Below are positions 9,883-18,348 of a stretch of DNA of 61,932 nucleotides, in pieces. Each line of letters begins with the position of its first letter. The first letter of the stretch is position 1. The DNA lies in NCBI GenBank assembly GCA_035703895.1, contig DASSXJ010000172.1:1-61932 (forward strand). Reading direction: 5' to 3'. The notes beneath the pieces are model-generated. The model had not been told where the DNA came from. It was given only the letters and a program-made list of their open reading frames with translations, and did no database searches. The position numbers and the translations under genes were made by a program. Origin of the DNA: a bacterium (GTDB lineage Bacteria > Sysuimicrobiota > Sysuimicrobiia > Sysuimicrobiales > Segetimicrobiaceae).

Positions 9883-10665
9883 ATGACACAGTGGCAGACG
9901 GTCGCGCTCGGCGGCGTGGCGGGCCTGACGATCTATCTTGGGCTTCCCGTGGCGCGGCTTCGGCAGAGGAACCCCGGGCCCCAGAGCCTGCTCAACGCGC
10001 TCGCGCTCGGGGTGCTCCTGTTTCTGATCTGGGATATCCTGTCGAAGGCGTTGGAGCCGATCGAGGCGGCGATGAAGGACGGGATGAAAGCCGGACACTG
10101 GGGCCCATTTGGACTGCTTGCGGCGATGCTTGTCATCGGGCTCGTCGTGGGTCTGGTCGGTCTGGTCATGTTCGATGCCGGCGCCGTGCGCCGTTCTCAA
10201 GCAGCGCGGACCCCTGCGCAACTCGCTCTGATGATCGCCGTCGGTCTGGGGCTGCACAACTTTTCCGAGGGCCTGGCGATCGGACAGGGCGCCGCCGCCG
10301 GGGCGGTTGGCTTTGCCGTGATCCTCGTCGTCGGATTTGGCCTCCACAACATCACGGAAGGCTTTGCCGTGGCCGCCCCTCTCGCTGCGGCCGGAGAGAC
10401 CCCTACGTGGGCGTTCTTGGGGATGGCCGGGCTCATCGCGGGCGGGCCGACGTTCCTCGGCACGCTCGTGGGATACCGCGTGACGGCGCTCCCGGCGTTT
10501 GTGCTCTTCCTGGCGCTGGCCGCAGGCGCCCTCTTCTACATTGTCGGTGAAATGTTCGTCGTCGGCCGCCGCTTCCGCGCACCGATCTGGGGGGCGTGGG
10601 GGATCGCGGTCGGGTTCCTCATCGCCTATGGGACGGATCTTATTCTAACCGCGGGGGGCGTCTAA
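9883..10665 (+). CDS. ZIP family divalent metal transporter (ZupT-like)
   Basis: Repeated GLHNFSEGLAIG and GLHNITEGFAV motifs with about 8 hydrophobic segments. The ATG at 9883 is preferred over the GTG at 9859. Confidence 0.85.
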   Translation: MTQWQTVALGGVAGLTIYLGLPVARLRQRNPGPQSLLNALALGVLLFLIWDILSKALEPIEAAMKDGMKAGHWGPFGLLAAMLVIGLVVGLVGLVMFDAGAVRRSQAARTPAQLALMIAVGLGLHNFSEGLAIGQGAAAGAVGFAVILVVGFGLHNITEGFAVAAPLAAAGETPTWAFLGMAGLIAGGPTFLGTLVGYRVTALPAFVLFLALAAGALFYIVGEMFVVGRRFRAPIWGAWGIAVGFLIAYGTDLILTAGGV

Positions 10666-10666
10666 C

Positions 10667-11719
10667 GTGCCGCCAACCCGGTTCGACCGGCGGAGCCTGC
10701 TGCGGTGGGGCGGACTGGCCGCGGCCGGCGCGGTGGGGGCTGGGGTGGTCATCCGCACCGTGCGGCCGCATCGCGCTCCGCGGCCCACCGCCACGATGCC
10801 GGCGGCCCCGGCGCGACCGGCCCCCCCATCCCGGCGGTTGGTGGCTTTGATCGCCAACAGCCTCGGCAACACGCTGACCGTCGCAGACGCCCGCACGTTC
10901 GCGCCGATCGACACCATCGCAGTCGGGCAGGAGCCGCACAAGTTTCGGCTGACGCATGATGCAAAAGCCGTCTACTCGTGCAATACCAGCAGCAACGAGC
11001 TCATCGAGATCGATCTGGCCACGCTGCATCCCCGCCGGCGCATTCCGATGCTGGATCCCTACAACGTCATGTTTACCAAGGACGGCCGCCACCTCTACAA
11101 GGTCGCCTACCGGTACGACTTCGTCGAGATCCACGACGGCGAGACCTTCCGCCCGCTCAAGCGTCTCCGGACGGGCCGCCAGCCCAGCCACATGTGGTTT
11201 TCCCCCGACGGCCGGTGGTTTGTCAATTCGAATCAGTTTTCGGACAGCGTGAGCGTTATCGACACGGAGGCGCAGCGGGTTGCGCACACCCTGCGCGTCG
11301 ATCCGCAGCCGGCTGGGGTTCAGATCTCGCAGGATGGGCAGTACCTCTTTGTGGCGAGCCACGTGGGGACCATCAGCGTCTTCGCCACCGACGAGTGGAA
11401 GCCCACCAAGAAAGTGCACAGCGGGAAGGGCGCCCACGAAATGGTCGCCTCGCGGGATGGCCGCACCATCTTCGTCACGAACCGGTATGAGAACACGGCC
11501 AGCGTGTTCGACGTCGCGACACAGCGGGTCGTAGAGAAGTTTCCCGTGCCCGGCGGGCCGGATATGCCGATGCTGAGTCCCGATGGATCGCGCCTGTGGA
11601 TCTCCGGGCGATTTGACGACACCGCTTCTGTGGTCGACGCAAAGACGTTGGCGCTCCTGGCCACGTTCCCGACGGGCCGCTCGCCTCACGGGGTCTTCCT
11701 GGGGTTCTCGGAGGCATAA
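10667..11719 (+). CDS. Tat-signal beta-propeller repeat protein (YVTN/YncE-like)
   Basis: Twin-arginine N-terminus (RRSLLRWGGLAAAGAVGAG). Repeated ..S/DG..L(Y/F)V(A/T)N..S..VSVID.. blades. The start lies 1 nt after the ZIP stop. Confidence 0.75.
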   Translation: MPPTRFDRRSLLRWGGLAAAGAVGAGVVIRTVRPHRAPRPTATMPAAPARPAPPSRRLVALIANSLGNTLTVADARTFAPIDTIAVGQEPHKFRLTHDAKAVYSCNTSSNELIEIDLATLHPRRRIPMLDPYNVMFTKDGRHLYKVAYRYDFVEIHDGETFRPLKRLRTGRQPSHMWFSPDGRWFVNSNQFSDSVSVIDTEAQRVAHTLRVDPQPAGVQISQDGQYLFVASHVGTISVFATDEWKPTKKVHSGKGAHEMVASRDGRTIFVTNRYENTASVFDVATQRVVEKFPVPGGPDMPMLSPDGSRLWISGRFDDTASVVDAKTLALLATFPTGRSPHGVFLGFSEA

Positions 11720-11868
11720 ACCCGGCCGGGTTCCCCCGGCCGGTCCTTCTGCTCCGACGTCACGGTGCGCCGGTTCTTCCGGCGGCTAGAATCGGCGCCG
11801 CGCTTCCTACGAGCCCAATTACCGTGGTGCCATTTCAAGCCCTCCCCCGATTTGCGCATTTACACCGT

Positions 11869-11897
11869 TTGCACCACCATATCTTGTATGCTAGTAT
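11869..11897 (+). promoter_or_regulatory. Candidate sigma-70-type promoter of nrdR-nrdJ: TTGCAC, 17-nt spacer, TAGTAT
   Basis: -35 at 11869-11874 and -10 at 11892-11897, counted directly. It lies 40 nt upstream of the nrdR GTG. Confidence 0.45.
11874..11889. promoter_or_regulatory. NrdR-box-like operator 1 (ccaccatatcttgtat)
   Basis: Matches about 11 of 16 positions of the NrdR-box consensus as I recall it (acaCwAtATaTwGtgt). It lies in the promoter spacer. Confidence 0.55.
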
Positions 11898-11905
11898 GCC
11901 TCTTG

Positions 11906-11921
11906 CGCCTATATATAGATA
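11906..11921. promoter_or_regulatory. NrdR-box-like operator 2 (cgcctatatatagata)
   Basis: The 10-nt core CtAtATaTaG matches the consensus. The centre-to-centre distance to box 1 is 32 bp, about three helical turns. Confidence 0.55.
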
Positions 11922-11936
11922 GAGGGTCGAACATCT

Positions 11937-12461
11937 GTGCGATGCCCTTACTGCGGCGGAGAGGATAGCAAGGTCCTTGACTCCCGAGCCAGCGACGAGG
12001 GGGAGGCGATCCGCCGCCGCCGGGAGTGTCTCAGCTGCAAGCGCCGCTTCACGACCTTTGAGCGGGCCGAGCGGATCGTCCTCCAGGTCGCGAAGCGGGA
12101 CGGGCGCCGGGAACCGTTCGACCGGACGAAGGTGTTGACGGGCATGCTCCGCGCATGCGAAGAGCGGCCCGTCCCCAGGGAAGTCCTCGACCAGGCGGCG
12201 AGCGCGATCGAGCGTGAACTCGCCGAGCAGGGGACACTCGAAGTCGCGAGCCGCGAGATCGGTGACCGGGTGATCGAGCGGCTCCGGCATCTGGATGATG
12301 TGGCCTACGTTCGGTTCGCGTCCGTCTACCGCAGGGTTGGCGATGTAGACCGCTTGGTGGAAGAGATTCAACGGCTCAAGGCCCGAAAGCAACTCGAAGC
12401 CGAATTGCAGTCGCAGATCGAGCTCATCCCGCTCCTGCCCCAACGCCCGGGTCAGCGCTAA
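11937..12461 (+). CDS. nrdR: Transcriptional repressor NrdR (zinc ribbon plus ATP-cone)
   Basis: MRCPYCGGEDSKVLDSR...RRRRECLSCKRRFTTFE followed by an ATP-cone. It lies directly upstream of the ribonucleotide reductase gene. Confidence 0.95.
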   Translation: MRCPYCGGEDSKVLDSRASDEGEAIRRRRECLSCKRRFTTFERAERIVLQVAKRDGRREPFDRTKVLTGMLRACEERPVPREVLDQAASAIERELAEQGTLEVASREIGDRVIERLRHLDDVAYVRFASVYRRVGDVDRLVEEIQRLKARKQLEAELQSQIELIPLLPQRPGQR

Positions 12462-12512
12462 TTGTCCATGCGTTCCGTTCCGCACTCCTAATTTGTTTCT
12501 GGAGGGTGCCTG

Positions 12513-15500
12513 ATGTCGACGTCGTCTGAACCCACCGCCCGACCCCAGCAGTCTTCGGGCCCCGCGCCGCTGCCCGCGGAGACCCTCGAGTTCTTTGCCG
12601 GTGACGAGCTGCGGACACGGGTCTTCATCGATAAGTATGCGCTCCGGGATCGTGAGGGACGAATCCTCGAACAGACGCCGGTCGAGATGTGGGAGCGCAT
12701 CGCGCGGGGGGTGGCGAGCGTCGAAGCCACGCCCGAGTTGCGAGAGCGCTTCGCCCGTGAGTTCTACTGGCTGATGGAGGACTTCCGGTTCATCCCCGGG
12801 GGCCGCATTATGCATGCGGTCGGCAATCCGAAGCGTGTGACGGCTCTGAACTGCTTTCCGGCGGGGACACGGGTGTTGACCCGCGAGGGATTCAAGCCGA
12901 TCGAGGGGATCCTGCCGGGAGAAGAGGTCCTGACACACCGCAACCGCTTTCGTAAGGTCACACACACCATGAATAGAGAAACAGCCGAGGCATTGCGCAC
13001 GGTACGGCTTTGGTATCTCGGCGACCAGCCGGTTGCGGCTACGAAAGAGCATCGGTTTCTGGCGTTTGACGGCTCCCGAGTGGACTGGGTGGAAGCCAAG
13101 AACCTGACCGCCGCCCACTACATCAAGGCCGGCCGGATCGATGAGACATTGCCGGTGCGCGAGCTCGACCTTGCCGACTATGTCAGTGCCGCAGCCATCG
13201 AAGATGAAGTGGGCAAACTGTACACCGTCACTGCCTACGTAGGCGGTCAGGGCGCACGAGGACACACAGAAAGTCGGAGGGTCGCCCGGAGGGTTCCTCT
13301 CGACGAACGGTTCGGCCTGTGGCTCGGGTTTTTCATGGCAGAAGGCGGTATGACCGACAACAGTGTGTATTTCACGTTCAGTAAGGACGAGGAGCCTTAC
13401 GCGGAAGCCATTTACACCCTGTCCCAGCAATTGTTCGGGGTAGAAGCCGCCATCCAGCGACGCGACGGCCAGGAAGGTCACTGGATGCGTGTCTACGTAC
13501 ACAGCAAACTGATGGTCGAGTTCATGAGAAACTTCTTTGATGGAGCATTCCACGCCCATGACAAGCGCCTTCCGGCGTGGTTCCTGATGGCACCAAAGAC
13601 AGTGCAGAAGGCGTTCATTGCCGGGTTGTTCTCGGGCGATGGCATGGTCCGTGATGGCTTCGCGAGGCTGTTTCTGGCGAACCCCGATCTGGTTCGGCAG
13701 GTCTTCGCTATTCTTCTCCGGCTCGGAGTGGTGGCCTCGATTCGTTGGGAAGGCATTCTCCGCTATACACGGCACCGCGGCATGTGGATCACCATTGGGA
13801 CCCAACGATACGTCGAGGCCATTCAGCACTGGCTGGAGGGGAAGTGGGACTACGAGGCGACGCTCGAGGAGTCTCCCTCTAACTACTTTTACAAGGTGGT
13901 AGACGGCGATCTGTTTGTGAAGGTCAAGGAGTGTGGATGGACGCCCCAATCCGGAGGAACGGTCTACGACCTCAGCGTTGAAGATGACCACTCATTCGTG
14001 GCCGAGTTCGCCGTTTCTCACAATTGCTACGTCATTCCCATCAAGGACGACTCGATCGAAGCCATCTTCGAGTGGATGAAGGAAGCGGCGCGCACCTATT
14101 CGCTCGGCGGTGGCGTCGGCGGTGACATCAGCGTACTGCGCCCCGCGGGTGCGCCCGTAAACAACGCCGCGCGCACCAGCACCGGCTCGACTTCGTTCAT
14201 GGAGCTGATGTCGCTGACCACGGGGACGATCGGGCAGAGCGGCCGCCGAGGCGCGCTCATGATCACGATCGCGGATCACCATCCCGATGTGCTCGACTTC
14301 ACGAAGATCAAGCGGAACCTCAGCCGTGTCCGCTACGCGAACATCAGCGTGCGGATCACCGATTCGTTCATGCGGGCGGTCGAAGCGGATGCGATGTGGG
14401 ACCTCTACTTCGAAAACGATCGCGTGAACGTCCGGCGCTCGATTCGCGCCAGGGAGATCTGGAGCGAGCTGATCCGCGGTGCACGCGACTTCGCCGAGCC
14501 CGGCGTCATCTTCTGGGACTCGATCAAACGGTGGAGCACATCTGAATACAACGGCATGCACGTCACAACGACCAATCCGTGCAGCGAGATCCCGCTTGAA
14601 CCTTATGGAGCATGTTGCTTGGGCAATCTTAATCTGGCGACGTTTGTGAAGGATCCATTCGCCCCCCAGGCGCAGGTGGACTGGCCACAGTTGGACCAGG
14701 CACTCCGGCTGGCGACGCGCTTCCTCGACAACATACTCGACTACAACGCCGACAAACATCCGCTCCCCGAACAGCGTGAGGCCAGCCTCTACTCGCGGCG
14801 GATTGGGGTTGGGTTCACCGGCCTGGGGGACTTGTTGTGCAAGCTGCGCCTCAAGTACGACACGGAGGAGGCGGTCGCGTTCGTGGACCGGTTCTTCGAC
14901 CGGGTCAAGAACATCGTCTACGACGAAAGCGCCTACCTCGCCCGCGAGAAGGGGGTGTTCCCGGGGTACGATCGGGACCAGCACCTCCAGGGGCGGTTCC
15001 TTCAGACGCTTGATGCGTCGGTGCTCGAGCAGATCCGCGAACATGGGCTGCGCAACGTAGCCTTGCTGACCGTGCCGCCGGTCGGGAGCGGGGCGGCGCT
15101 CGCGGGGACGACGAGCGGGATCGAGCCGATCTTCGACCTGGGGTACACGCGGCGCAGCGAGTCGCTCTCGCAAGAAACCTTCACGGTGTACCATCCGCTG
15201 GTCAGGGCGTACATGGAGCAGTTCGCGATCGCCAGCGAGGAGGCGCTTCCCGAGTACTTCGTCACCGCGCACGAGATTCAGCCGGAGATGCGGGTGCGGA
15301 TGCAGGCCACGATCCAAAAGCACATCGATCACTCCATCTCCTCCACGGTGAACTGCCCGGCCGACGTGACGGAGGAAGATGTAGCCCGGATCTATTTCCA
15401 CGCCTGGAAGCAGGGGTGTAAGGGCATCACCGTGTACCGCGCGGACTCGCGCGAGAACATCCTGACCGCCGGGACGCAGCGGTCCATGCAGGCGGCGGGG

Positions 15501-16175
15501 ACGGCTGGAGGCGGCACGGCGGCGCGGCCGGCGGAGGTGGTCGCCCCCGCGGCGGCGGCCGCTTCGAGCGACCGGCATACCACGCGGGCGCGGCCTAAGG
15601 TGACGACCGGGCGCACCGAGCGGATCGAGACGCCTCGGGGCCGGATCTACGTCACGATCAACGAGGACGGCGCGGGGGTGTGCGAAGTCTTTGTCCAGTC
15701 GCTCGACGTGGAGGCCGACGCGATCGGCCGGATGGCCTCGCTGGCGCTCCGCACGGGGGCCGACCCACGCGATGTGATCGAGCAGTTGTGGCGGGTGCAG
15801 TCTCGGGAGGTCTCGATCGACCGATCTGCGGATGGGACGATTGTCCGGGTGACCACCGTGGCCCAGGGCGTAGCCCTGGCGGTGGGTCGCACCTTGTACG
15901 GTCCCGGATTTCGCCCCGATTCGTTCTTCCCGATGGCCGACCGCCTGCCCGCACCCAAGCTTACGAACGGGCACGCGTACGGCGCGGGGACGGGCGAGGT
16001 GAAGCGGGAGGCGGCCGCCGTGCTGGCGGCGGGGGCTGAGCCATCGACCATCTCGGTGGAGGATGTGCAGCAGCCGTTGTTGACCTTTGCCGGCGTCTGC
16101 CCCGACTGTGGCAGTTCGCTGATCCACGAGAACGGGTGCAGTTCGTGCCGCTCGTGCGGTTACTCGCGGTGCTGA
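12513..16175 (+). CDS. nrdJ: Class II (adenosylcobalamin-dependent) ribonucleotide reductase NrdJ precursor, interrupted by one intein
   Basis: Extein motifs: RFIPGGRIM, LN/CYVIP, TNPCSEIPL, SSTVN. The C-terminal tail is Cys-rich (CPDCGS..CSSCRSCGYSRC). Total 1220 aa including the 391-aa intein. Confidence 0.92.
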   Translation: MSTSSEPTARPQQSSGPAPLPAETLEFFAGDELRTRVFIDKYALRDREGRILEQTPVEMWERIARGVASVEATPELRERFAREFYWLMEDFRFIPGGRIMHAVGNPKRVTALNCFPAGTRVLTREGFKPIEGILPGEEVLTHRNRFRKVTHTMNRETAEALRTVRLWYLGDQPVAATKEHRFLAFDGSRVDWVEAKNLTAAHYIKAGRIDETLPVRELDLADYVSAAAIEDEVGKLYTVTAYVGGQGARGHTESRRVARRVPLDERFGLWLGFFMAEGGMTDNSVYFTFSKDEEPYAEAIYTLSQQLFGVEAAIQRRDGQEGHWMRVYVHSKLMVEFMRNFFDGAFHAHDKRLPAWFLMAPKTVQKAFIAGLFSGDGMVRDGFARLFLANPDLVRQVFAILLRLGVVASIRWEGILRYTRHRGMWITIGTQRYVEAIQHWLEGKWDYEATLEESPSNYFYKVVDGDLFVKVKECGWTPQSGGTVYDLSVEDDHSFVAEFAVSHNCYVIPIKDDSIEAIFEWMKEAARTYSLGGGVGGDISVLRPAGAPVNNAARTSTGSTSFMELMSLTTGTIGQSGRRGALMITIADHHPDVLDFTKIKRNLSRVRYANISVRITDSFMRAVEADAMWDLYFENDRVNVRRSIRAREIWSELIRGARDFAEPGVIFWDSIKRWSTSEYNGMHVTTTNPCSEIPLEPYGACCLGNLNLATFVKDPFAPQAQVDWPQLDQALRLATRFLDNILDYNADKHPLPEQREASLYSRRIGVGFTGLGDLLCKLRLKYDTEEAVAFVDRFFDRVKNIVYDESAYLAREKGVFPGYDRDQHLQGRFLQTLDASVLEQIREHGLRNVALLTVPPVGSGAALAGTTSGIEPIFDLGYTRRSESLSQETFTVYHPLVRAYMEQFAIASEEALPEYFVTAHEIQPEMRVRMQATIQKHIDHSISSTVNCPADVTEEDVARIYFHAWKQGCKGITVYRADSRENILTAGTQRSMQAAGTAGGGTAARPAEVVAPAAAAASSDRHTTRARPKVTTGRTERIETPRGRIYVTINEDGAGVCEVFVQSLDVEADAIGRMASLALRTGADPRDVIEQLWRVQSREVSIDRSADGTIVRVTTVAQGVALAVGRTLYGPGFRPDSFFPMADRLPAPKLTNGHAYGAGTGEVKREAAAVLAAGAEPSTISVEDVQQPLLTFAGVCPDCGSSLIHENGCSSCRSCGYSRC
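12852..14024 (+). mobile_element. Intein (391 aa) with a LAGLIDADG homing-endonuclease domain, inserted before the conserved Cys of the NC(Y/F)V motif
   Basis: Block A CFPAGTRVLT, block B ATKEHRFLA, LAGLIDADG motifs LWLGFFMAEGG and FIAGLFSGDGM, block F VYDLSVEDDHSFVA, block G AVSHN followed by the +1 Cys (TGC at 14025). Confidence 0.88.
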
Positions 16176-16186
16176 GGAGCCCGGCG

Positions 16187-16483
16187 ATGAAAAAGCCCAT
16201 CCGCGAATCGTCCCCACCGACAACCGGTGAGCTGATCAACCGGCTCTCGCACGAGCGCCTTCTGCTGTACCGACGGGGCGCGGGCCGGCCGTTTCCCCGC
16301 GACGTCCGCGCCCGGCTGGTGGAGATCGTGCGCGAGCTGGATCGCTTGTGGGAGGTGCGGCGCCACGAACTGGCTTCGCTGCCGTTCCCGCTGCACGCGG
16401 CCCAAGCGGCCGAGGCCGCGCAGGCGACCCCGGCCGGGCCTTCTCCAAAGGCCCGACCCCGGAGCGATCGCGAGGTCGCGTAA
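16187..16483 (+). CDS. Small hypothetical protein (98 aa), pattern reminiscent of DUF2630
   Basis: ATG with GAGGAG 8 nt upstream and a high-GC3 frame. ..LVEIVRELDRLWEVRRHE.. resembles the helical DUF2630 family from memory only. Confidence 0.5.
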   Translation: MKKPIRESSPPTTGELINRLSHERLLLYRRGAGRPFPRDVRARLVEIVRELDRLWEVRRHELASLPFPLHAAQAAEAAQATPAGPSPKARPRSDREVA

Positions 16484-16554
16484 GCGGGAGGAGAAACCTC
16501 CCGGCCGCCAGAAGTACCCGCCGGCCTCATACCCTGCTGCAAGGGAGGCATCGC

Positions 16555-17493
16555 GTGGCCATTCGGCGACTTGGCGCTCTGGGGCTCACCGCCGCCCTCA
16601 TCGTCGCAATGCTGGCCGGTCTGCCGGTGACGCCGGCCCCCGCGGAGACGAAGCTGGTGATGGCCTTCGTCCCTTCCGGCGAAGCGCGGACCATCCTGGA
16701 ATCCGGGAACAAGCTCGCCCATCTGCTCGAGGTGGCGACCGGGTACCGGTTCGAGTCGTTCGTCGCCACGAGCTACGCCGGGGTCATCGAGGCGATGGGG
16801 GCGGGACGAGCGGACATCGGCTGGCTGAACACATTCTCCTACGTCATCGCGCATCAGAAGTATGGCGCAGAGGTGCGGCTGGTCACGGTCCGGTTCGGCC
16901 TGCCCTATTACCGGGCGGAGATCATCGCTCAATCGAGCGCGGGGATCAACACGCTCGCCGACCTCAAGGGCAAGCGATTCGCGTTTGTGGATCCGGCCAG
17001 TACCTCCGGCTACCTCTTCCCCCTCGCCGGGCTGAAGAAAGCCGGATACGATCCGCAGAAGTTTTTTGGCCAGACGATCTTTGCCGGCTCGCACAACAAC
17101 GTCGTGCTGGCCGTCTACCAAGGCCGGGTCGACGCGGGATCGGTGTTCGAAGATGCCCGCGGGAGCGTCCAGAAGACCCTTCCGGACGTCATGCAGAAGT
17201 TGAAGGTCGTCTGGAAATCCGATCCCATCCCGAACGACACCGTGACCTTTCGGCGCGAGCTCCCTGGCGACGTCAAGGACCGGGTCACGAAGGCGCTGCT
17301 GCGCTTCTCCCAGGACCCGGCCGGGCTCGACGCGCTGAAGAGTCTCTATGAGATCGAAGCGCTTGCGGACTATCCGCTCCTGGTGAGCAAGTACAAGATC
17401 ACGGCTCCTACGCTCGACGCGTTTTACACCCCCGTCCGCGACGTCGCGCAGTACGCGGGCATCAACCTCGAAGACCTCATCAAGCCGCGCTAG
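16555..17493 (+). CDS. phnD: Phosphonate/phosphite ABC transporter substrate-binding protein PhnD
   Basis: GTG with AAGGGAGG 7 nt upstream, a signal peptide, and KLVMAFVPSGE...SYAGVIEAMGAGRADIGWL typical of PhnD. It is followed by phnC and phnE. Confidence 0.87.
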   Translation: MAIRRLGALGLTAALIVAMLAGLPVTPAPAETKLVMAFVPSGEARTILESGNKLAHLLEVATGYRFESFVATSYAGVIEAMGAGRADIGWLNTFSYVIAHQKYGAEVRLVTVRFGLPYYRAEIIAQSSAGINTLADLKGKRFAFVDPASTSGYLFPLAGLKKAGYDPQKFFGQTIFAGSHNNVVLAVYQGRVDAGSVFEDARGSVQKTLPDVMQKLKVVWKSDPIPNDTVTFRRELPGDVKDRVTKALLRFSQDPAGLDALKSLYEIEALADYPLLVSKYKITAPTLDAFYTPVRDVAQYAGINLEDLIKPR

Positions 17494-17556
17494 GGTGCGC
17501 GTCGTCGCCGCCGGGCTGAGGCGGGTCCGGCGCTAGGGGACCGGCCGGCCGCGAAC

Positions 17557-18348
17557 GTGACGACCAGGGCGGGCGCCGGCATCGAGCCGATCCTACGGAT
17601 CGAGCACCTCACCAAGGTGTATGAGGGCGGCACGCGGGCGCTGTCCGACGTTACCTTCGATGTGGCTCGCGGCGAATTTCTCATCATCATCGGTCTCTCC
17701 GGCTCGGGGAAATCCACGCTCCTTCGCTGCATCAACCGGCTGATCGAGCCCACATCGGGGAAGGTGTTCTTCGGCGGCCGGGAGGTGACGGGCGCGTCGC
17801 AGCAGGAGCTGCGGGAGATCCGGCGCAAGATCGGCATGATCTTCCAGCAGTTCAACCTGGTCAAGCGGGCTCCGGTGGTGACCAATGTCCTGACGGGGCG
17901 CCTGGGGTATCTCCCGCCGATGTGGTCCCTCGGCAACTACTTTCCGGGATCGCTGGCTCGGGGCGCGATGGCCAATCTCGAGCGTGTGGGCATCCCCGAG
18001 AAAGCGTTCACGAGAGCGGATGCGCTGTCGGGAGGGCAGCAGCAGCGGGTCGGGATCGCGCGGGCCCTCATGCAGGAGCCCCAGCTGATCCTGGCAGACG
18101 AGCCCGTCGCGAGCCTCGATCCGGCGACGTCGCATTCGGTCCTGCGCTACGTCGAGGAGCTCAACAAGAAGGACGGGATCACCGTCCTGTGTTGCCTGCA
18201 CTTCCTCAGCCTCGCCCGCCGCTACGGGACCCGCATTCTCGCCATGAAGGCGGGCCAGATCGTGTACGACGGTCTGCCGCACGAGATCGACGATGCCCGG
18301 TTCAAAGCCATTTACGGCGAAGACGCGGTTGAGGTGGAGATTCGCTGA
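17557..18348 (+). CDS. phnC: Phosphonate ABC transporter ATP-binding protein PhnC
   Basis: Walker [25 protein letters not shown], Walker [12 protein letters not shown], and the PhnC-like C-terminus ..FKAIYG... Confidence 0.92.
   Translation: MTTRAGAGIEPILRIEHLTKVYEGGTRALSDVTFDVARGEFLIIIGLSGSGKSTLLRCINRLIEPTSGKVFFGGREVTGASQQELREIRRKIGMIFQQFNLVKRAPVVTNVLTGRLGYLPPMWSLGNYFPGSLARGAMANLERVGIPEKAFTRADALSGGQQQRVGIARALMQEPQLILADEPVASLDPATSHSVLRYVEELNKKDGITVLCCLHFLSLARRYGTRILAMKAGQIVYDGLPHEIDDARFKAIYGEDAVEVEIR

Noticed and set aside
11722-11746. GC-rich palindromic sequence (acccggccgggttcccccggccggt) after the beta-propeller gene as a terminator
   Set aside because: Pairing between the two halves breaks after 3 bp when written out, and no U-tract follows.
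11835-16223. Two consecutive minus-strand ORFs (718 and 743 aa) spanning nrdR and nrdJ
   Set aside because: They mirror the NrdR and NrdJ-plus-intein coding frames, have no motifs, and are compositionally Arg/Gly/Pro-biased. The plus strand carries unambiguous RNR, intein and NrdR signatures.
16486-16504. 7-bp hairpin (cgggagg-agaaa-cctcccg) after the small ORF as a terminator
   Set aside because: No U-tract follows. It may only be a stabilising stem, so it is not called as a feature.
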